From NCBI GenBank assembly GCA_004356825.1, contig SMXC01000166.1:1-61470 (forward strand): a stretch of 61,470 bases of DNA, written 5' to 3'. This document shows positions 52,898 through 61,470 of this stretch, piece after piece. The stretch's first letter is position 1, and the number at the start of each line of letters is the position of its first letter. The translations under genes were made by a program, and so were the position numbers. The notes beneath the pieces are model-generated. The model was given only the letters and a program-made list of their open reading frames with translations. It was not told the origin of the DNA and did not search any database. The stretch comes from Caldithrix sp. (GTDB lineage Bacteria; Zhuqueibacterota; Zhuqueibacteria; Oceanimicrobiales; Oceanimicrobiaceae).

Positions 52898-55800
52898 TTA
52901 ACCGACGGCCGCCTGATACTCATCCTTGACCTCCTCTACCATGGCCTCTTCTTTCTTGTCATCAGTTTCGCAAGTTACTATAATGTCTTTAAATTTTTTC
53001 AATCCGGTACCGGCCGGAATCAGATGCCCCATAATAACATTTTCCTTTAAACCCAGCAGCTTGTCAACCTTGCCTTCAATGGCGGCATCAGCTAACACCC
53101 GGGTCGTTTCCTGAAACGAAGCTGCCGAGATAAAGCTCTCGGTTGTCAAGGATGCCTTGGTTATTCCGAGAAGTAACGGTAAAAATGTTGCAGGCTGCGC
53201 CGGCCGGGATGACGCTCCTTTTTTGCCGCCCTCTTTTAGCTTGGCATTTTGACTTTTCAACTCACCTTTTTCTACAATTTCATCAACTTTAAAAGTAGAA
53301 TCACCCGCTTCAGTGATGACGACCTTACCACGGATTGCTTCATTAGCTGCCAGAAAAATGATTTTATCAACATGATCACCTTCGAGGTAAGATGTATCGC
53401 CCGCATCTTCGAGCTTAACCTTCTGAAGCATTTGTCGTACAATGACTTCAATATGCTTATCATTTATTCGCACTCCCTGCAAACGATAGACTTCCTGAAT
53501 TTCATTTACGAGATACTCCTGAACTTTATTCGATCCCATAATATTCAAAATGTCTTCGGGAGCGACACTTCCTTCGCACAATTTTTCACCAGCCTGTACG
53601 AAGTCGCCTTCATGAACAAGTACGTGTTTTCCGTAAGGGATCATATATAGTTTTTCTTCTTGCGCATCTTGTGCCGTTACTAAAATCTTCCTCACGCCCC
53701 GACGGATTTCACCAAAACTTACTTCGCCGTCTATCTCGCTGACAATTGCAGGTTCCTTTGGTCTCCTGGCCTCAAATAATTCGGCTACTCGTGGCAAACC
53801 ACCGGTAATATCCCGGGTCTTGGCAATCTCTCTCGGTATTTTGGCAAGCACATCGCCTGCTCTAACTTCTTGCCCGTCGTTAACTTGCAAATGTGCACTT
53901 GTCGGTAAAATATAGTTGCTTAACTTATCGCCGTCTTTATCCAAGACATGCATTTGTGGGTTTAAATCTCGATTTCTAGTTTCAATGACCACGCTCTGCT
54001 TGAGTCCTGTGGTCTCGTTTAGCGCCTCAAGGAAAGTGACTTTTTCTTTTAAGTCAACGTACTTCACTTTGCCATCATGATTGGACAAGATACTCGTTGT
54101 ATACGGATCCCAGTGAAAGACGATGGCTCCTTTTTCAATTATTGTGCCTTCCTGCACAACAATCTTAGCGCCATAAGGAACCGTATAGTGAGCCACGACC
54201 CTATTATTCTCATCAAAAATTTTAACTTTGCCATTTCGACCCACGGCGATCACTGCGCCATCCACCTGGGTTACAAATTTCAGGTTCTCAAATTGAACTT
54301 TGCCGGGGTACTTTGCCGCCACCTGCGATTGCGCCGCTATTCGCGAAGCGGTACCCCCAATATGAAAAGTACGTAAGGTCAACTGAGTACCCGGTTCGCC
54401 GATAGACTGAGCAGCCATCACACCGACCGCCTCACCGATCTTAACCGTATTCCCGGTAGCAAGATTACGCCCATAACATAAAGCACAGACGCCCCGTTTA
54501 GATTCACAGGTCAAAACTGACCTGATTCGTACAGATTCCAGACCGCTATTTGAGATTTGATCAGCTTTCTCTTCGCCAATCAAGGTACTTGCATCAACAA
54601 TTACATCTTGGGTTTCAGGATCAAACACGTCTTCCGCGGCAACCCTGCCCAAAATTCTATCGCGAAGAGGTTCGATGATCTCTTCCCCTTCTTTTAAATC
54701 GCTAATTCGAATCCCCAAGATAGTCTTGCAATCTACTTCCGTAATAATGACATCCTGGGCAACGTCAACCAGCCTTCTTGTCAAATAACCTGCGTCAGCG
54801 GTTTTCAACGCAGTGTCGGCCAAGCCCTTCCTTGCGCCGTGACAAGAAATAAAATACTCTAATACAGAAAGGCCTTCTCTGAAGTTCGCGGTGATAGGAT
54901 CTTCGATAATTTCACCCATTTGACCGGTCATTTTCTTCTGTGGTTTCGCCATAAGACCGCGCATACCGGCAAGCTGCCTAATTTGCTCCTTTGAACCTCG
55001 CGCCCCTGAATCTGCCATCATATAGATAGGATTAAAGCCGGCTCGATCCTTTTCCAGGTGAGAGAATAATTTTTCAGCAACCTCGCTGGTGGTGCGCGTC
55101 CAAATATCAATAACTTTGTTGTAGCGTTCTCCGTCTGTAATAACGCCTTTTTCATATTGCTTCTGGATTGTCGCTACTTTATTGAAGGCCTCTACCAGCA
55201 GCGCCGCCTTTTCTTCCGGAACTTTTATGTCATCAATTCCAACGGTCGTGCCAGATTTCATAGCGTAGTCAAATCCTATCTGCTTGAGTTCGTCAAGAAA
55301 AACGGCCGTTCTCTGATTTCCAAACCCTCTGTACACATTCGCTGCTATCTCTTCGACTCTTCTCTTGGTCAGGAGCTCGTTGACAAAAGGCATCCCATCG
55401 GGAAGCACCTCATTGAGGATAACCCGACCCGTGGTCGTCTCAAGAATCTCACCATTAATCCTGACTTTAATTTCTGCATGCAGACCTACTTTTCCGTCAT
55501 TATAGGCAATCAACACTTCATTGGCAGAAGCAAACCTTTTACCAGCCGCCAAATCATTCTCTTTCATCTTGGTCAGGTAGTAAATACCTAAAACAATATC
55601 CTGACTTGGAATTGCTAAAGGACGGCCGTTGGCCGGCGAAAGGATGTTGTGACTCGATAACATCAAAAGGCGCGTTTCAATCTGAGCATAATGAGACAAG
55701 GGGACATGTACCGCCATTTGGTCACCATCGAAATCCGCGTTGAAGGCCGCGCACACCAGTGGATGCACCTGAATCGCTTTTCCTTCGATCAAAATAGGTT

Positions 55801-57151
55801 GAAAAGCCTGAATGCCAAGCCGATGCAAAGTTGGCGCCCGGTTCAAAAGAATGGGGTGATCGTCGATAATTTCTTCCAAGATGTCCCAAACTTCCGCACC
55901 GCGCCGGTCAACTAATTTCTTTGCACTCTTAACGGTTTTCACGAGACCGCGTTCTACCAACTTTCGAATAACAAACGGCTTAAAGAGCTCCAAGGCCATA
56001 TCTTTGGGTAGCCCGCATTCATGCAGCGAAAGTTCCGGTCCTACAACGATTACGGAACGCCCAGAATAATCAATTCGTTTTCCAAGAAGGTTCTGACGGA
56101 AGCGACCCTGTTTCCCTCTTAACATATCTGAGAGGGATTTCAACGGCCGGTTGCCGTCGCCACGAACCGCAGCCGATTTCCGGCCATTATCAAACAGAGC
56201 GTCGACGGCTTCTTGAAGCATCCGCTTCTCATTTCTCAGAATAACCTCGGGTGCTTTTATCTCCATTAATTTTTTGAGACGATTATTGCGAATAATGACA
56301 CGCCGATACAAATCGTTCAAATCACTGGTCGCAAAACGGCCGCCTTCAAGGGGAACTAAAGGTCGAAGTTCAGGAGGAATAACCGGAATCACCGAAAGTA
56401 CCATCCACTCAGGCCGGTTGGTACTTTTTTTGAACGATTCAATAACACGCAATCGCTTTAAAGCGTCGGTTTTTCTCTGAAAGGAAGTTTCTTCACGAAC
56501 CGCCTGGCGTAATTCGACAGAAACAGCCTGAATATCGGTTCTCTTAAGTAAATCCAGAACAGCTTCCCCGCCTATTTGCGCAAAGAACTCTTTCTGCTCT
56601 TCGGCCTCTTCGCCGGCCTCTGTTTCCTCTCCATTTTCCCTGGACTCACTAATAATTTGAAGATACTCTTCTTCGCTAATAAGATCTTTTGCCTTAAGGC
56701 CACTATTCCCGGGCTCTATAACAACGTATGACTCATAGTAAATAACTCGTTCCAGTTCCTTGGCGCTCATGCCTAAGATATAACCGATCTTTGAAGGTAA
56801 AGACTTCCAGAACCAGATATGAATAACGGGCACGGCTAAGGAAATATGTCCCATCCGCTCACGGCGAACGCTTTTTGTTGTTACTTCTACACCGCATCTG
56901 TCACAAATAATACCCTTGTACCGAATACGCTTATACTTACCGCAATGGCACTCCCAATCACGAACCGGACCAAAGATTTTTTCACAAAACAATCCATCCT
57001 TTTCCGGCTTAAAGGAACGGTAATTAATTGTTTCCGGTTTCGTTACTTCGCCATACGATCTTTCCAGAATCTTGTCCGAAGACGCCAAGCTAATTGAAAT
57101 AGCTTTAAATGGTTTTTTTGTCGCAGTTTCCTGTCTACTAAAGTAGGCCAA
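52898..57151 (-). CDS. rpoC: DNA-directed RNA polymerase subunit beta prime
   Basis: NADFDGDQM active site and an N-terminal zinc motif CHCGKY...CDRCG. 1417 aa. The TTG start lies 7 nt after AGGAGG. Confidence 0.98.
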   Translation of the reverse strand: MAYFSRQETATKKPFKAISISLASSDKILERSYGEVTKPETINYRSFKPEKDGLFCEKIFGPVRDWECHCGKYKRIRYKGIICDRCGVEVTTKSVRRERMGHISLAVPVIHIWFWKSLPSKIGYILGMSAKELERVIYYESYVVIEPGNSGLKAKDLISEEEYLQIISESRENGEETEAGEEAEEQKEFFAQIGGEAVLDLLKRTDIQAVSVELRQAVREETSFQRKTDALKRLRVIESFKKSTNRPEWMVLSVIPVIPPELRPLVPLEGGRFATSDLNDLYRRVIIRNNRLKKLMEIKAPEVILRNEKRMLQEAVDALFDNGRKSAAVRGDGNRPLKSLSDMLRGKQGRFRQNLLGKRIDYSGRSVIVVGPELSLHECGLPKDMALELFKPFVIRKLVERGLVKTVKSAKKLVDRRGAEVWDILEEIIDDHPILLNRAPTLHRLGIQAFQPILIEGKAIQVHPLVCAAFNADFDGDQMAVHVPLSHYAQIETRLLMLSSHNILSPANGRPLAIPSQDIVLGIYYLTKMKENDLAAGKRFASANEVLIAYNDGKVGLHAEIKVRINGEILETTTGRVILNEVLPDGMPFVNELLTKRRVEEIAANVYRGFGNQRTAVFLDELKQIGFDYAMKSGTTVGIDDIKVPEEKAALLVEAFNKVATIQKQYEKGVITDGERYNKVIDIWTRTTSEVAEKLFSHLEKDRAGFNPIYMMADSGARGSKEQIRQLAGMRGLMAKPQKKMTGQMGEIIEDPITANFREGLSVLEYFISCHGARKGLADTALKTADAGYLTRRLVDVAQDVIITEVDCKTILGIRISDLKEGEEIIEPLRDRILGRVAAEDVFDPETQDVIVDASTLIGEEKADQISNSGLESVRIRSVLTCESKRGVCALCYGRNLATGNTVKIGEAVGVMAAQSIGEPGTQLTLRTFHIGGTASRIAAQSQVAAKYPGKVQFENLKFVTQVDGAVIAVGRNGKVKIFDENNRVVAHYTVPYGAKIVVQEGTIIEKGAIVFHWDPYTTSILSNHDGKVKYVDLKEKVTFLEALNETTGLKQSVVIETRNRDLNPQMHVLDKDGDKLSNYILPTSAHLQVNDGQEVRAGDVLAKIPREIAKTRDITGGLPRVAELFEARRPKEPAIVSEIDGEVSFGEIRRGVRKILVTAQDAQEEKLYMIPYGKHVLVHEGDFVQAGEKLCEGSVAPEDILNIMGSNKVQEYLVNEIQEVYRLQGVRINDKHIEVIVRQMLQKVKLEDAGDTSYLEGDHVDKIIFLAANEAIRGKVVITEAGDSTFKVDEIVEKGELKSQNAKLKEGGKKGASSRPAQPATFLPLLLGITKASLTTESFISAASFQETTRVLADAAIEGKVDKLLGLKENVIMGHLIPAGTGLKKFKDIIVTCETDDKKEEAMVEEVKDEYQAAVG

Positions 57152-57184
57152 CGTGCCACCTCCTATTTAGAGATTGGTGACTAA

Positions 57185-60100
57185 TTATGGTTTAATAGGA
57201 TATTCTTCCAAGAGTTGTATATCCAAGCCTAATCCTTGCAACTCCCGGATCAAAACGTTAAACGATTCAGGCAATCCCGGTTCAGGCAAATTGTCGCCCT
57301 TAACGATGGCCTCATAAACTTTCGAGCGTCCGCGCACGTCATCCGATTTAACGGTGAGGATTTCCTGCAAAGTATGGGCAGCGCCATAAGCTTCCAATGC
57401 CCAGACTTCCATCTCACCAAATCGTTGTCCACCGAATTGCGCCTTACCGCCCAGGGGCTGTTGTGTAATAAGCGAATAGGGTCCAATGGATCGGGCATGG
57501 AGTTTATCTTCAACAAGATGCGAAAGCTTCAGAATATAAGTAACCCCAACAGTAACCGGGTTATCGAACTTTTCTCCAGTCCGTCCATCATAAAGCGTTA
57601 TCTTACCATCTTCCGGCAGTCCGGCCTTTTTCATGATTTCCTTGATCTGGTCAAGACTCGCTCCATCAAAAACCGGAGTCGCGTATTTTATACCAAGGAT
57701 TTTGGCGGCCCAGCCCAAATTAGCCTCGAAAATCTGTCCTAAATTCATTCTGGATGGAACGCCGAGCGGATTGAGTATGATGTCCACCGGTGTGCCGTCT
57801 TGCATATATGGCATATCTTCCATCGGGACGAGTTTGGCGACAACACCTTTATTGCCATGCCGTCCAGCCATTTTATCGCCGACCATCAGTTTGCGTTTTT
57901 TAGCAACATAAACTTTGGCGAGCTGAACAATGCCGGGCGGAAGTTCGTCGCCGACAACTATCTTAAATTTCCTGTTTTCAAATTCTTCTTCCAGTTCAGC
58001 CAATGCGGTTTCATAAGCAATCCAAATTGAATTCACCAACTCATTTGCTTTTTTATCCGTGCTAATGCCTTCACTGTAGTCGATATTCTCAAACTCTATT
58101 TCTGCCATCTTCTCTGCTGTAAGCGATGTGTTAGCTCTGAACAGAATTTTACCAGAACTCTTATCCCGTATCGAATTCACCAGTTTATTTAAAAGAACTT
58201 TCTGCAGTTTTTCGTCTCTAAACTTTCCAACCCGAGCCAATTCAGAGCTGTACCAAACCTCTACCTTATCGAGCGCTTTCTTGTCTTGCTTTTTCGTTTT
58301 TGGATCTTTTTTCTTACGGGTAAACAACTTGGTGTCAATCACAACACCCTTCATTCCCGGGGGCGCTTTCAGAGAAGCGTCCTTGACGTCGCCAGCTTTT
58401 TCGCCAAAAATCGCTTTAAGCAATTTCTCTTCAGGAGTTGGATCGGTCTCCCCTTTTGGTGTAACCTTACCGACAAGGATGTCGCCTGCCCGAACTTCGG
58501 CACCGATTCGAATGATTCCATTTTCATCCAAATCTTTTGTGGTTTCTTCACTTACGTTTGGAATCTCCCTTGTCAGCTCTTCCTCGCCACGCTTAGTATC
58601 TCGAACTTGCAACTCGAACTCTTCAATATGTATGGATGTATAAACATCCTCTTGAACAACTCGCTCTGAAAGGACAATCGCATCTTCAAAGTTATAGCCG
58701 CGCCAAGGCATGAAAGCAACCAGCACATTTTGACCCAGAGCCAATTCCCCGCCTTGCGTTGCACAGCCGTCGGCCAAAACGTCCCCTTTTTTAACCTTTT
58801 GTCCAACCGTGACAATGGGCCGTTGATTTATACAGGTGTCCTGATTGGTACGCATAAATTTTGTTAATCGATACGAAATACAAGCTGAATCATCAAAACT
58901 TAAAAGCGTTTCAGGCTTCAATTGGTCACTTGCCCGTGTCTCCTTTTTAATTACAATTCTTGAAGCGGCAACGGATTCAACGATTCCATTGTAATCCGAG
59001 ATAATCATAGCCCGCGAATCTCTGGCCACCTTTGCTTCCATTCCAGTACCCACAAGAGGAGAATCGGTACGAAGCAGGGGCACACCTTGTCGCTGCATAT
59101 TTGAACCCATGAGTGCACGGTTAGCATCATCATGTTCCAGGAACGGAATCAGAGCAGCCGCTGCGGACACTATTTGGTTAGGTGAAACATCCATGTAATG
59201 GACCTCGGACGGAGGCACTGCCGGAAAATCTCCTCGGAATCTCGATTTCACCCGATCCTTGACGAAATTTCCTTTATCGTCTAAAGGCGCATTCGCTTGA
59301 GCAATGACATACTGATCCTCGTCGTCCGCAGAAAGGTATTCGATTTTATTTGAGACTTTGCTATTTGCAACCTTTCTATAAGGTGTTTCAATAAAACCAA
59401 AATCGTTAATGCGGGCAAATGTTGTTAATGAAGATATCAAACCAATATTCGGACCTTCAGGAGTTTCAATTGGACAGAGACGTCCATAATGAGTATAGTG
59501 AACATCGCGAACCTCAAATCCCGCGCGCTCCCTTGTCAAACCACCCGGGCCAAGTGCAGACAAGCGTCGCTTGTGCGTCATCTCAGCCAAAGGATTGGTC
59601 TGATCCATGAACTGTGAAAGCTGACTGGTCCCAAAAAAGGTGTTAATTACGGAAAGAATTGTCCGAGCATTTACCAAGTCCTGCGGGGTCAAATTCTCAT
59701 TGTCCCGCAAGTTCATTCTCTCTTTAATGGTGCGAGCCATTCGGGAGAGACCAAGATTCATCTGGGCGGAAAGCTGTTCGCCAACTGTCTTTATTCGCCT
59801 GTTACCAAGATGGTCAATATCATCCGGCACTCTTTTACCTGCTCGCAACTCCAAAAGATATTTAATAATTGCGACGATATCTTCGCGCGTTAAAATTGTT
59901 GTTTCAATTGGGATATCTAGACTCAACTTCTTATTCACTCTGTAGCGTCCAACCTGTCCAAGATCGTACCTCTTTGGATTGAAAAACATCCGTTCGATCA
60001 AACTCCTGGCGGTGTCCAAATCAGGCGCATCCCCGGATCTTAAATGCCGGTAAATTGCTTCTAAAGCGTCGGCCTCCGATCTGGCTGCATCCTTCTTCAG

Positions 60101-60982
60101 GGTATTCGTAATCACCTCAGGTCCCATAAAACCGTCGGGCTTAAGGAATTTAATGCTCTTAATACCGGCTTCCTTGATTTGAGCAACCGCCTCCTCCGTT
60201 AACTCGGCCTCCTTTTCCAGCAGCAGTTCCCCGGTCTCCATATCGATTACATCTGCGATAGAAACTTTACCGATCGCCTTGCTAAAGGCGGAACCCTTAA
60301 CCTTTACCTCCTCGATCAAATCGAAAAGTTTCAGCAAATCCGAATCGGTCGAATATCCGAGCGCCCGCAACAGAGTCGTTACCGGAAATTTCTTGCGGCG
60401 ATCGATATAAACAAACATCACGTCATTTATATCCGTCGTAAACTCAACCCAGGATCCTCGAAGGGGAATTATTCTCGCGGAATAAATTTTGGTACCATTC
60501 GGATGCAGCATCTGGTCGAAAAACACTCCAGGTGAACGATGCAATTGACTCACCACAATCCGTTCGGCACCGTTAATAATAAAGGTACCGCGATTGGTCA
60601 TGTAAGGAATGTTACCCAGGTAGACAACTTGTTCTATCGTATCCACAAAATCTTTGCTGTCACCATATTGATCCTTAATAGACAACTTCAACTTTGCCTT
60701 TAGAGGGACCGAATAGGTCACGCCGCGTTCCTGACATTCAACGAGACCGTATTTGGGTTTTTCAATATAATACTCAACGAATTCCAAACAGAAATTCTCG
60801 CGGCTGTCTACGATAGGAAAAATATTCTTGAAAACTGATTCCAGCCCTTGATTTTTTCTATTGTCCGGACCAAGATCGTCCTGCAGGAATTGTTTAAAAG
60901 ACTTAAGCTGAACGTCTAACAAGTCAGGCAAATCGATGACTGTCTTCAATTTAGCGAAAGATTCTCTTCCGTTATTCTGCAT
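57185..60982 (-). CDS. rpoB: DNA-directed RNA polymerase subunit beta
   Basis: [13 protein letters not shown] and rifampicin-cluster-like blocks ([13 protein letters not shown]). 1265 aa. Confidence 0.98.
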   Translation of the reverse strand: MQNNGRESFAKLKTVIDLPDLLDVQLKSFKQFLQDDLGPDNRKNQGLESVFKNIFPIVDSRENFCLEFVEYYIEKPKYGLVECQERGVTYSVPLKAKLKLSIKDQYGDSKDFVDTIEQVVYLGNIPYMTNRGTFIINGAERIVVSQLHRSPGVFFDQMLHPNGTKIYSARIIPLRGSWVEFTTDINDVMFVYIDRRKKFPVTTLLRALGYSTDSDLLKLFDLIEEVKVKGSAFSKAIGKVSIADVIDMETGELLLEKEAELTEEAVAQIKEAGIKSIKFLKPDGFMGPEVITNTLKKDAARSEADALEAIYRHLRSGDAPDLDTARSLIERMFFNPKRYDLGQVGRYRVNKKLSLDIPIETTILTREDIVAIIKYLLELRAGKRVPDDIDHLGNRRIKTVGEQLSAQMNLGLSRMARTIKERMNLRDNENLTPQDLVNARTILSVINTFFGTSQLSQFMDQTNPLAEMTHKRRLSALGPGGLTRERAGFEVRDVHYTHYGRLCPIETPEGPNIGLISSLTTFARINDFGFIETPYRKVANSKVSNKIEYLSADDEDQYVIAQANAPLDDKGNFVKDRVKSRFRGDFPAVPPSEVHYMDVSPNQIVSAAAALIPFLEHDDANRALMGSNMQRQGVPLLRTDSPLVGTGMEAKVARDSRAMIISDYNGIVESVAASRIVIKKETRASDQLKPETLLSFDDSACISYRLTKFMRTNQDTCINQRPIVTVGQKVKKGDVLADGCATQGGELALGQNVLVAFMPWRGYNFEDAIVLSERVVQEDVYTSIHIEEFELQVRDTKRGEEELTREIPNVSEETTKDLDENGIIRIGAEVRAGDILVGKVTPKGETDPTPEEKLLKAIFGEKAGDVKDASLKAPPGMKGVVIDTKLFTRKKKDPKTKKQDKKALDKVEVWYSSELARVGKFRDEKLQKVLLNKLVNSIRDKSSGKILFRANTSLTAEKMAEIEFENIDYSEGISTDKKANELVNSIWIAYETALAELEEEFENRKFKIVVGDELPPGIVQLAKVYVAKKRKLMVGDKMAGRHGNKGVVAKLVPMEDMPYMQDGTPVDIILNPLGVPSRMNLGQIFEANLGWAAKILGIKYATPVFDGASLDQIKEIMKKAGLPEDGKITLYDGRTGEKFDNPVTVGVTYILKLSHLVEDKLHARSIGPYSLITQQPLGGKAQFGGQRFGEMEVWALEAYGAAHTLQEILTVKSDDVRGRSKVYEAIVKGDNLPEPGLPESFNVLIRELQGLGLDIQLLEEYPIKP

Positions 60983-61020
60983 AAATTTGACACCTAATAG
61001 TTTGTGGATAAAAGAAAAAG

Positions 61021-61389
61021 CTATTTGATTTCAACCGTAGCGCCAACTTCCTCTAATTGTTTTTTGATATCTTCAGCTTCTCCTTTGGGCACACCTTCTT
61101 TAATCGCCTGTGGGGCTCCGTCAACCAAATCCTTGGCTTCCTTGAGGCCCAAGCTGGTAATAGTACGCACAACCTTAATTACCTGAATTTTTTTGTCTCC
61201 AAATGAAGCCAGGACGACATCAAAATCAGTTTTTTCTTCACCGCCACCATCTGCGGCCGGAGCGCCAGGTGCAGCAGCGACTACTACCGGGGCAGCAGCG
61301 GTAACGCCAAAACGATCCTCGATAGCCTTGACTAGTTCAGATAATTCAAGCACCGTCATTTTTTCGATACTTCCTAAAATAGAATCCAC
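61021..61389 (-). CDS. rplL: 50S ribosomal protein bL12 (L7/L12)
   Basis: [26 protein letters not shown], an Ala/Pro hinge, and the C-terminal domain ending GATVEIK. The GTG start at 61389 is provisional, because the frame stays open upstream to the window edge. Confidence 0.9.
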   Translation of the reverse strand: MDSILGSIEKMTVLELSELVKAIEDRFGVTAAAPVVVAAAPGAPAADGGGEEKTDFDVVLASFGDKKIQVIKVVRTITSLGLKEAKDLVDGAPQAIKEGVPKGEAEDIKKQLEEVGATVEIK

Positions 61390-61427
61390 CTGACCATTTC
61401 CCTTAACGGATTTCTTTTCAGTTTTTT

Positions 61428-61470
61428 CAGTCTTTTCCTCAGCTTTTTCAGTCTTTTCCTCAGCTTTTTC
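61428..61470. repeat. 21-bp tandem direct repeat (2 full copies, truncated by the window edge)
   Basis: cagtcttttcctcagcttttt occurs at 61428-61448 and again at 61449-61469. On the minus strand it encodes EKAEEKT repeats in the rplL frame. Confidence 0.8.

Overview
This 61.5-kb window is a piece of a diderm (Gram-negative type) bacterial chromosome. All 69 coding regions I can support lie on the minus strand. Reading the minus strand from the right edge, the order is as follows. First comes rplL-rpoB-rpoC, then the str (rpsL-rpsG-fusA-tuf), S10, spc and alpha ribosomal-protein operons, joined into one array of about 27.5 kb that ends at rplQ with a clean terminator. Next is hutU-hutI, packed tightly against a lipoprotein and an outer-membrane barrel, followed by a TPR protein. 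Then come glyA-nrdR, tatC-dcd plus three phosphoesterase-type hydrolases, RNase G, and rplU-rpmA. After that is gatC-pyrG-lptC-lptA-lptB-rpoN-hslV-hslU-argF plus a FemAB/GNAT-like gene. The left end holds a Ser/Thr kinase, two LPS-core-type glycosyltransferases, a tiny Cys-rich protein, a FAH-family hydrolase, a secreted S8 peptidase, and the N-terminus of an unknown gene that runs off the left edge. I recognised no rRNA, tRNA, CRISPR array, transposase or integrase. Several near-consensus sigma-70 promoters (TTGACA-17-TATATT type) and a few clean intrinsic terminators are readable. The window is mostly ordinary core genome, and I found no convincing new defence or mobile system. The best candidate for something undescribed is the envelope module (two-module lipoprotein, FadL/PorV-like barrel and TPR protein) that appears co-transcribed with hutUI. 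Smaller oddities are: an exosortase-like C-terminal tail on the S8 peptidase; an in-frame EK-repeat reading frame running into rplL at the window edge; a strong hairpin inside the str operon; a Cys4 uL24; and frequent TTG starts in core genes. All family calls rest on motif recognition by eye. No database search was run.
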